Under the pieces are notes generated by a model. That model was not told the DNA's origin. It saw nothing but the letters and a program-made list of their open reading frames with translations, and did no database searches. A program made the translations under genes and the position numbers. This document shows positions 1 to 7,295 of a stretch of DNA of 20,000 nt, piece after piece. The stretch is from IMG/VR virus record IMGVR_UViG_3300010158_000034. One strand, given 5' to 3'. This stretch comes from an uncultured virus (IMG/VR IMGVR_UViG_3300010158_000034). Taxonomy: Duplodnaviria > Heunggongvirae > Uroviricota > Caudoviricetes. Within the stretch, counting starts at the first letter, position 1; each line of letters begins with the position of its first letter.

Positions 1-254
1 CCATTAACAACACCTTGTACCGCAGTGCCAAATATGTAGTACAAGTCACCAATGGTGCAAACTATCAAGTACAAGAAGCATTGGTAATTTCAAATGGTAC
101 TGTGGCAACTATTACAACTTACGGCGCTATTAATACCGGCGGTAACTTGGGTGTGTTGAGTGCTACACAAAGCGGTGCTAACACGTTGGTACAGTTTACA
201 GCAGTGAACGCAACAAATTCAGTGAGAATTCAGAAAGATTATTTAAATATTTAA
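1..254 (+). CDS. C-terminal part of a virion structural / tail-fibre-type protein (5' truncated by the window)
   Basis: Frame is open from nt 3 to TAA 252-254. The beta-rich end 'YRSAKYVVQVTNG..YQVQEALVISNG...TYG' resembles C-terminal modules I recognise from fibre-like proteins of T4-like environmental phages. Confidence 0.65.
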   Translation, partial: INNTLYRSAKYVVQVTNGANYQVQEALVISNGTVATITTYGAINTGGNLGVLSATQSGANTLVQFTAVNATNSVRIQKDYLNI

Positions 255-299
255 CAGTAACATCCTTATCGGGGAATATGGAACCGGGGAAAGAATAAA

Positions 300-1124
300 A
301 TGGCAAACAGTAATTTCGTAGTACAAAATGGCCTCACAGTGGGCTCAACAACAATTTTTGCAGGCAACGGTGATATTTCCACAACAGGTAATATTTCTGT
401 GTCGGGTGCCGGCTCATTTGGCGGCTTAAGTACAAATCAGATTTATCAAAGTTCAGCCAACGTAACAGTCAGTGGTAGCTTTGTCAACGTGGCCATTGCT
501 TCAACCAACGTGGCCAGCTTTAGTTCCGCTGGACTAACAATGTTAAGCAACTTTGTACCAAGTGCAAACGTGGCATATAATTCTGGTAGCACCTCTACTT
601 ACTGGAGCAACTTTTATGCCGCAACTGGCAACTTCAACACCATCAACATTGGTGCACAGGGTATTGTACCCAATGCCAATTTAACTGCCAATTTGGGATC
701 TCCTTCTGCTTGGTTTAACACATTTTTTGGAGTATCAACACAGGCCAAATATGCTGACTTGGCAGAAAACTATCGAGCCGACAGCAACTATCAACCGGGT
801 ACAGTGTTGATGTTTGGTGGAGATCAAGAAGTCACCGTGGCAGAACCTGAAACAACAGCAGTGGCAGGCATTGTTTCTACCAACCCAGCACATTTAATGA
901 ATGGTGCATTGTCGGGTCCAAATGTATCAGCAGTGGCATTGATAGGGCGTGTTCCTTGCAATGTAATTGGACCTGTTAAAAAAGGTGATTTAATGATATC
1001 TGCAGGATTTGGTTTTGCTCGATCCAGCTCGAATCCAGTGGTTGGTCAAGTGATTGGAAAAGCACTGCAAGATTATCCCGGTGCATCCAAGGCAGTTATA
1101 GAAATAGTAGTTGGCAGAGTTTAA
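300..1124 (+). CDS. Tail fibre/appendage protein with C-terminal Peptidase_G2-like intramolecular chaperone (autocleavage) domain
   Basis: S/T/N/G-rich beta-strand N-terminal half, then 'YADLAENY..D..Y.PGTVL.FGG..EVT...VAGIVSTNPA.LMN...VALIGRVPC.V.GPV.KGDL...IGKAL', the pattern of Peptidase_G2/IMC domains (phi29 gp12-type). ADLAE is at 753-767. Confidence 0.8.
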   Translation: MANSNFVVQNGLTVGSTTIFAGNGDISTTGNISVSGAGSFGGLSTNQIYQSSANVTVSGSFVNVAIASTNVASFSSAGLTMLSNFVPSANVAYNSGSTSTYWSNFYAATGNFNTINIGAQGIVPNANLTANLGSPSAWFNTFFGVSTQAKYADLAENYRADSNYQPGTVLMFGGDQEVTVAEPETTAVAGIVSTNPAHLMNGALSGPNVSAVALIGRVPCNVIGPVKKGDLMISAGFGFARSSSNPVVGQVIGKALQDYPGASKAVIEIVVGRV

Positions 1125-1178
1125 TACCGTTACAGCAATCTTGTTTTGTAATAAATACAAGATAACTCGGACAACACA

Positions 1179-4100
1179 ATGCCTTTGACCAGACCCAAAA
1201 TTTGGGACCTTGATACCAATGTAGAATATTTTATGGACCCAATCACGGTGCTCCATCAAGGATCTACACAAGCCAACGTAGATGTAGGATTTTTATTTAA
1301 CCGAGCCAACGGTTTGGTATCCAACGTGGCTGTGTATTGGAGCGAAAGTGCCAATACTTTTGTTACAGCATTTACCAATAATTCAGGAGTAACCAACAGT
1401 AACATTGTGGCCACAGGCTACGCCAACTTGACCATTGGTTCTCTCTTGTCTATCAATGGTAACATTTACCTAAACGGCACTGCCGGCATACCGGGGCAGT
1501 ATATTAGTTCCACTGCCAGCGGTACTGCTTGGGCCAGCAGTTCATTCAACGGCGGTGTAATTTCTAATACATTGTTTCCCAGTGGTAATTTAACATTAAA
1601 TTTAGGCACTACCAGTGCATTTTGGGCCAATACCTACACTGGTAATGTAATACTATCAAACAATATACTTTGGGCCAACGGTACAGTATTCAGCTCGGGC
1701 ACAGGCAGCGGCAGTGTTGGCTATTCTCCCAGTGCCAACGTGGCAATATATGCCAACGTGACCCCTTATACAACTAATCAAACATTTTATCCTGTATTTT
1801 CCAACATCACCACAGCCGGTAATAGTGTGCATGGGGTAAGCTCAAGTTTAAGTTATAACCCCAGCACCGGTGCATTGACAGCAACCAGCTTTAGTGGTAC
1901 ATTAAGTGCCGTCAATGTTGCGGGCACTACTGCAACTGCCAATGCCGTAATTTACACAGGTATAACCAACACTGCATCAGGTACTTATTATCCAGTATTG
2001 AGTAGTCAAAATACCACAGGTAATACACAGGCCGCAGTCAACAGTTCACTAAGTTACAATGCCGCAACAGGTAACGTTTCAGCCACAGCATTTGTTGGAT
2101 CCGGCCAGTATTTGACCGGCATTACTGTTGCTGGTACAGTAGCAACTGCCAACGTAGCACTATATGAACAAGTACAAAATTACACCACTGGCACATTTTA
2201 TCCAACTTTTAGTAATACAAGTATTACAGCAGGTAATACAGTAATTGGTGTCAATTCAAGTTTATCATACAACGCCACGACCGGTACGCTGAGTGCCACA
2301 AATTTGTCCGGTACACTGCAAACAGCTGCACAAACAAATATTACAAGTGTTGGTACACTGACTTCGTTGGCAGTTGGTGCAGTTACCAGTTCCGGTACCA
2401 TCATTGCCTCAACAGTAAATGCAGCCACAATTGGTAACTCGGGTGCTAGTTTAGTTGGTACATTGGGTGCTGTCAACGTGGCAGGTACAGTGGCTACTGC
2501 CAACGTTGCATTGTATGCCAGTGCAACTCCTTACACTACAACTGCTAACTTTTATCCTGTATTCAGCAATACTGTCACAGCCGGTAACACCACGTCGGGT
2601 GTTGCAACCAACATGGTATTCAATCCCGGTACTGGTAATCTTTATGTTAATAACATTGTTGGATCCGGTCAATACTTGACCAGTGTCACTGCTACGGTTT
2701 CTGGTACTGTGGCCACAGCCAATGTGGCATTGTACGAATCGGTAACAGCTTATACCACAAACCAAACATTTTATCCTGTATTTTCCAACATCAGCACCAC
2801 AGGAAATACCACATCCGGTGTTTCCGCCAACTTGTCATTCAATCCCGCAACCGGTAACTTAATTGCAAATATAGTAACCACTACTGGTAATTTAATAATT
2901 GGTGGTAATACTATTCATAATAGTAAAACATATTTTAACTTCTCTGGCGACGAACAAATAATCAGTCAAGACACCAGTGTCATGCGTACCGGTTCTTGGA
3001 GTGTAACTGCTTCGGGGTCGTTGTATACATTAGCCGGTGAACCCTTAATGTGGTACTGGATTCACAACTGTGCAATTGATCCAGCAACAGGAAACTTTTT
3101 GGCTCGTGATGATTATGGTCCTGTAACTGTTTGGGCATTGACAGAAAGCATGTTGATAAAAACTTGGATTAGTCCCCCGGATCAAATACTTTCCGTTCCT
3201 AGTTCGTGGACATTGACCGGAAACCAAGACACCAACAACGGTTTATTTACAACTGGGGGCATGAGTGGAAATTCGCTGAAGTTGACGCAAGTGACAACTC
3301 CTGCAGCCGCCGTGGGTACAGGCTCTACCACAGGTGGTTCATTGGCCGCAGGTAATTATTATGTTCGTGTTGTGGGTATTGACGTTAACGGGCAAGCCAC
3401 TTTGCCCAGTCCAGAAAGCACAGTGGTTACAACCACTGGTTCTTCCGGCTCTATTAACTATGTTATACCAGCAACAATAGGTGTCAACAACTATCGAATA
3501 TATGTAACTCAAACCTCGGGTACATATAATTCGGGATACTTTACATTCAATCCTGACTATCTCACAAACTATTTTACATTAACTACCTTAACTGGAACAA
3601 CAGCCGGCACATTGCCCTCCATCAACAACACCGGTGGAGTCAACATTACCGGTAACTTAACTGTGCTAAACACCGGCGGTACCAGCAATTCTATCTCTGG
3701 CAACATTGGTATTAACACCACCCTACCAGACACTGAACTTACTATTTTGGGAATCCCACAAACTGTGGTTTATCCTGTCACAGGTGTTAACCAAACTTTG
3801 GGCACAGACTTACACATCGTCGGTGCAGATGGTGCTACCCCAACTCGTATCACACAAGACACATTTGGCACTGGTTCGTATATAGCATTCACTGGCAGAG
3901 CTGCTCGGGGCACAGCTGCCTCACCAGCTCAGTCCCTGTCAGGTGATACCTTAACTCAACTCACTGCTAGAGGATTCAGCAGTGGTTCTCTAGGATTTGG
4001 TACTGCGTCAACTGGTCGAGTTGACATAGTGGCCGCAGAAAACTTCACAGACACCAGTCGTGCCACCAACGTGGTAATTTTTACCACAGCAGTGGGCGCC

Positions 4101-4256
4101 ATTAATCCCACAGCAACAGCCACATTCAGCAGTGCCACAGGATTGGCAGTCACTGGCAACACTGCCATCAGTGGTAATTTAACAACCAATGGTGGACTAC
4201 TGGTGCCGGTGTTGGGCTTGTCAATAGTTTCTGCTCAAGGTTGGAACTTGGCTTAA
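1179..4256 (+). CDS. Long tail fibre-like protein (1025 aa) with five internal repeats, a globular insert and an Fn3/Ig-like module
   Basis: Very T/S/G/N/A-rich with few charged residues. Repeats 'ATANVALY..YTT..FYP.FSN...GNT...SLSYN..TG.L' and a 'TAAQTNITSVGTLTSL' motif. Lies in a fibre cluster with TAAATA upstream. Confidence 0.8.
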   Translation: MPLTRPKIWDLDTNVEYFMDPITVLHQGSTQANVDVGFLFNRANGLVSNVAVYWSESANTFVTAFTNNSGVTNSNIVATGYANLTIGSLLSINGNIYLNGTAGIPGQYISSTASGTAWASSSFNGGVISNTLFPSGNLTLNLGTTSAFWANTYTGNVILSNNILWANGTVFSSGTGSGSVGYSPSANVAIYANVTPYTTNQTFYPVFSNITTAGNSVHGVSSSLSYNPSTGALTATSFSGTLSAVNVAGTTATANAVIYTGITNTASGTYYPVLSSQNTTGNTQAAVNSSLSYNAATGNVSATAFVGSGQYLTGITVAGTVATANVALYEQVQNYTTGTFYPTFSNTSITAGNTVIGVNSSLSYNATTGTLSATNLSGTLQTAAQTNITSVGTLTSLAVGAVTSSGTIIASTVNAATIGNSGASLVGTLGAVNVAGTVATANVALYASATPYTTTANFYPVFSNTVTAGNTTSGVATNMVFNPGTGNLYVNNIVGSGQYLTSVTATVSGTVATANVALYESVTAYTTNQTFYPVFSNISTTGNTTSGVSANLSFNPATGNLIANIVTTTGNLIIGGNTIHNSKTYFNFSGDEQIISQDTSVMRTGSWSVTASGSLYTLAGEPLMWYWIHNCAIDPATGNFLARDDYGPVTVWALTESMLIKTWISPPDQILSVPSSWTLTGNQDTNNGLFTTGGMSGNSLKLTQVTTPAAAVGTGSTTGGSLAAGNYYVRVVGIDVNGQATLPSPESTVVTTTGSSGSINYVIPATIGVNNYRIYVTQTSGTYNSGYFTFNPDYLTNYFTLTTLTGTTAGTLPSINNTGGVNITGNLTVLNTGGTSNSISGNIGINTTLPDTELTILGIPQTVVYPVTGVNQTLGTDLHIVGADGATPTRITQDTFGTGSYIAFTGRAARGTAASPAQSLSGDTLTQLTARGFSSGSLGFGTASTGRVDIVAAENFTDTSRATNVVIFTTAVGAINPTATATFSSATGLAVTGNTAISGNLTTNGGLLVPVLGLSIVSAQGWNLA
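1731..2870 (+). repeat. Five degenerate tandem ~65-75 aa protein repeats within the tail fibre
   Basis: Units begin near 1731, 1932, 2142, 2493 and 2712; unit 3 carries an extra insert. An exact 31-bp DNA duplicate CAAACATTTTATCCTGTATTTTCCAACATCA occurs at 1779-1809 and 2763-2793. Confidence 0.9.
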
Positions 4257-4290
4257 ATACACAATACAGAATTTATAAAGGAATAGAAAA

Positions 4291-5058
4291 ATGGCAAATA
4301 ATGCCCCAATTTTTTCAAGATTAGGCGATATACAAGGTGGTGAATTATTAATTACACAGGGCTCAATCACAGCCGGCGACTACACAGGTGTGGGTATTTA
4401 CAACGTGGTGGCATTTACTGCTGATTCAGCCAACGGTGGATTTGTGCAACGCTTGAGATTCAAGCCAAACGGTAACAATACTGCTGCTTCAGTGGCACGT
4501 ATTTTCATCAACAACGGAGCAATTAACCAAGCCACAACACTGAGTACACCCTCAGCACCCTCGGGCAGTGCCAGTGGTACAGGTGGTACACTGCTACCAG
4601 GGTCTTACTATGCATTGATACAAGCAGTGGATCAATACGGTGCATACACAGCAGCCAGTCCACAAAGTACCGCAGTCACCACAACTGGTAATACCAGTTC
4701 CATCACTTGGTCGTGGACTCCGGTTGCGTCGGCAGCATATTATGTGTTATGGGCCGGCACAACCAGTTTGGGTCAACAACCATTCTTTCAAACTGCTGGT
4801 AACGTGGCGTTTTTAACCCAAACAGTGGCCTACGCCGCAGGTAACATTGGTACTCCCAAAGGCTCTAACTCGGATAACTTTTTATACGGTGAACTGGCTT
4901 TGCCGATTACATCGGGTACAGTGTCGGGTACTACACCCAATGCTGACATAGATTATCCCATGAACGTGGCATTACCTCCTGGCTATAAAGTACTGGTGGG
5001 TCTCAGTGCCAACGTATCGGCTGGTTGGTATGTCACCAGTATTGGTGGAAAATATTAA
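4291..5058 (+). CDS. Tail-fibre-associated structural protein with internal Fn3/Ig-like module
   Basis: SD AAGGA at 4278-4282. Beta-rich, with central 'GGTL.PGSYY..IQAVD..G..TAASP.S..VTTTG..SSITWSW.PV..A.YY' similar to a segment of the upstream fibre. Coupled to the next gene by TAATG. Confidence 0.65.
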   Translation: MANNAPIFSRLGDIQGGELLITQGSITAGDYTGVGIYNVVAFTADSANGGFVQRLRFKPNGNNTAASVARIFINNGAINQATTLSTPSAPSGSASGTGGTLLPGSYYALIQAVDQYGAYTAASPQSTAVTTTGNTSSITWSWTPVASAAYYVLWAGTTSLGQQPFFQTAGNVAFLTQTVAYAAGNIGTPKGSNSDNFLYGELALPITSGTVSGTTPNADIDYPMNVALPPGYKVLVGLSANVSAGWYVTSIGGKY

Positions 5059-6038
5059 TGTTAGATTTCAGCCATTTAACTGCCAACCCACGTGTGGACG
5101 TGCAGACGTTTTACGCCAATTCGGCCACTGCTGGTGTAACATGGGCCACTTGGGTCAAACCACGTGGCATAAACTTTGTACAATTCGTTGTATTGGGTGG
5201 TGGTGCCGGAGGTGGATCAGGAGTTGGTAACGGTGCCGCTTCAACTGCTGCCGGGGGCGGCGGTGGAGGTAGTTCAGCTCAGTGCAGTATAATATTTCCC
5301 GCATGGGCACTGCCTGATGTTCTTTACATAAGCGTGGGTTACGGTGGTGCAGGTGGCGCAGCTGTTGCTGCCACACCCGGTCTTGTTGGTACAGCAGGCA
5401 TAGCCAGTTATGTAAGCCTAGCCCCTAATACTACGGTTAACAACCTATTAGCACAAGCCAACGGTGGCGGTGCTGGTACAGCAGCCGCAGGTGCAACAGC
5501 CGGTGGTGCAGGTGCCGCTGGGACAGTAACAGCAATTGGTTCAGCCGCATTGGCTGGATTGGGTACATTGGGTTATACAGGTGTAGCAACCAACATCAGT
5601 CTAGTGGGACAAGTGGGCATTGCTGGGGGTACCACAGGTCTTGGAGCCGCATTGACATTACCAGTGACAGGATTAATAGTAACCGGTGGCACAGGTGGCG
5701 CAGGTGTTGGAGCAGCTGCCTCAATAGGCTCATCGGGAGGTAACATAACTGGTGCTGGTGCTTTTCCCACCGTCATTGGTGGGATTGGTGCCGCCTCATC
5801 AACAACTTCAGGCACATCCGGCGCCAATGGATTTCAGCCCATACCCAAACTGTTTTATTTCTACGGCGGTACCGGTGGTGGTTCTTCGGGCGCTGCAACA
5901 GGTACCACCAACGGCGGGCCTGGCGGAGCGGGTGCTTATGGTTGCGGTGGCGGTGGTGGGGGTGGTGCATTTACCGGTGGTACGTCGGGTGCCGGTGGTC
6001 GTGGCGGTGATGGCATTGTTATAGCCACCAGTTGGTAA
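5058..6038 (+). CDS. Glycine-rich adhesin-like / fibre-tip protein (start corrected to ATG 5058, MLDFSHL)
   Basis: TAATG stop/start overlap at 5056-5060. 'TWATWVKPRG...VVLGGGAGGGSG', many GGxGG motifs and 'GGRGGDGIVIATSW' end, typical of phage glycine-rich (polyglycine-II, gp38-like) domains. Confidence 0.75.
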   Translation: MLDFSHLTANPRVDVQTFYANSATAGVTWATWVKPRGINFVQFVVLGGGAGGGSGVGNGAASTAAGGGGGGSSAQCSIIFPAWALPDVLYISVGYGGAGGAAVAATPGLVGTAGIASYVSLAPNTTVNNLLAQANGGGAGTAAAGATAGGAGAAGTVTAIGSAALAGLGTLGYTGVATNISLVGQVGIAGGTTGLGAALTLPVTGLIVTGGTGGAGVGAAASIGSSGGNITGAGAFPTVIGGIGAASSTTSGTSGANGFQPIPKLFYFYGGTGGGSSGAATGTTNGGPGGAGAYGCGGGGGGGAFTGGTSGAGGRGGDGIVIATSW

Positions 6039-6057
6039 AATACCATAAATACTTGAT

Positions 6058-6828
6058 ATGATCAAAATAAAAAAATTATACCGAGACACACACTTGATGG
6101 ATGATGTTGTGACACATTATACCTATGAAAATAGCCAATGGGATTCCACCATTGAACAGGTAAAAAACAATGTAGTCAACAATCAAATCAGCAACACTGC
6201 TGTGGTGTTGGGCAACGGCCCCAGTAGACTACAGTTAAATCCCAACTTATTTAATTTATTAATGAATCACCGTGGTGGCCTGTTGGCCGCAGGGCGAGTT
6301 CAGACCTACGGATGCAATGCCATAATACGTGATTTTACTCCTGATTTTTTGGTAGCCACTGGCAGTGAGATTGTAAACGAAATTGCCGGAGATGATTGGC
6401 ACGATCAAAATCAATACTATCAACAAACTATTGTTTACAGCACAGCCGATGCAGTATTAGAATTTCCTGGTAAGTTTTATTTAATACCGCAAAATCCTGG
6501 ATGGAACGCCGGATCTGTTGCTGCTTATTTGGCCTGCTTTGATGCACACAAAAAGATTTACTTGATGGGATTTGATTGTTACAACGCACCCGAGGCCACC
6601 ATACACGAAAACATTTATGCCAATACACCGGGATATCCTCGTGATGGAGAACCAGTGACTGATGCATATTTTACCATGAGCTTGCTACACGTGATGCAGA
6701 CCTATAATGATGTAGAATTCATTAGAGTAATGCCCACTGAGTCATGGTATTGTCCTGATGCGTGGCAGTATCAAACTAATTTTAGACAAATCAATTTTAG
6801 ACAATTTACTCTTGAAGTAGATTTATAA
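6058..6828 (+). CDS. Maf/DUF115-like (sialyltransferase-fold) putative glycosyltransferase
   Basis: Motifs 'AVVLGNGPSR' (GNGPSR at 6211-6228), 'YGCNA..RDF.PDFLVA', 'NAGSVAAYLA' and 'KKIYLMGFD' (IYLMGFD at 6556-6576) match the GxGPS...IYLxGxD signature of DUF115/Maf and CstII-type transferases. Confidence 0.65.
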   Translation: MIKIKKLYRDTHLMDDVVTHYTYENSQWDSTIEQVKNNVVNNQISNTAVVLGNGPSRLQLNPNLFNLLMNHRGGLLAAGRVQTYGCNAIIRDFTPDFLVATGSEIVNEIAGDDWHDQNQYYQQTIVYSTADAVLEFPGKFYLIPQNPGWNAGSVAAYLACFDAHKKIYLMGFDCYNAPEATIHENIYANTPGYPRDGEPVTDAYFTMSLLHVMQTYNDVEFIRVMPTESWYCPDAWQYQTNFRQINFRQFTLEVDL

Positions 6829-7260
6829 TCAAACAACTTTTTCTAAAGTTTTAATCTTTTCAATTACACTTGAAAACTTGAATGTACGCCATACTCCCGG
6901 ATGTAAGGGTTTGGGATGATCCCGCAACTCCACCCAACAAAATCCACGATGCTCGTGATTTAACACCGGCACAAACTCTTCGTCCACTGTGATCATGTAG
7001 GTGTGATACTCAAAGTTTTTACTGTCGCTGGTGAACTTTTCAATTGGGATCAGTCTGGCGTCTTGGAATATTCCGCCCAGTTCTTCGGCGATTTCTCTAG
7101 CAAGTCCTTCAACCACAGTTTCACCTGCTTCAATTTTTCCGCCCACCAAGCCCCAAGAGCCGGCATGTCGCCGCCCGTTGCGTAACAAAAAAAGATATCT
7201 GTGAGTGGTTCGGCAGTACACCAATGCACCAGCGCCTGTTTGTTGAGAATTGTTTACCAT
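6829..7260 (-). CDS. Nudix hydrolase
   Basis: Canonical Nudix box GX5EX7REUXEEXG: G-KIEAG-E-TVVEGLA-REIAEELG. Also 'GAGALVY...YLFLLR' at the N-terminus and 'LNHEH..FCW' near the C-terminus. Confidence 0.93.
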   Translation of the reverse strand: MVNNSQQTGAGALVYCRTTHRYLFLLRNGRRHAGSWGLVGGKIEAGETVVEGLAREIAEELGGIFQDARLIPIEKFTSDSKNFEYHTYMITVDEEFVPVLNHEHRGFCWVELRDHPKPLHPGVWRTFKFSSVIEKIKTLEKVV

Positions 7261-7266
7261 AATTTA

Positions 7267-7295
7267 ATTATACACTACTACAGTTGCAAAGTCTA
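7267..7295 (-). promoter_or_regulatory. sigma70-type promoter for the Nudix gene (leaderless geometry)
   Basis: Minus strand TAGACT (7295-7290), 17-nt spacer, TATAAT (7272-7267), 6 nt, then ATG 7260. No SD. Confidence 0.7.

Larger units (their letters stand above)
244..6051 (+). promoter_or_regulatory. Late-like TAAATA boxes before the fibre-cluster genes (244-249, 1152-1157, 4254-4259, 6046-6051)
   Basis: The same hexamer lies upstream of the ATGs at 300, 1179, 4291 and 6058, matching the core of the T4 gp55-dependent late promoter. Confidence 0.65.

Noticed and set aside
1731..2870. CRISPR array or DGR template/variable repeat pair
   Set aside because: Repeats are in-frame coding units that differ largely at synonymous positions. 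There is no repeat-spacer periodicity, no adenine-specific pattern and no reverse transcriptase in the window.
5025..5057. Upstream starts for the Gly-rich gene (5025) and for the 13053 ORF
   Set aside because: ATG 5058 (TAATG coupling) and ATG 13077 (after TAAATA) fit better.
2198..6089. Antisense and alternate-frame ORFs over the fibre genes (2198-2503, 2451-2765, 3956-4189, 5573-5827, 5808-6089 and others)
   Set aside because: Shadow ORFs expected from biased Gly/Ala/Thr/Val codons; no promoter, SD or recognisable motifs.
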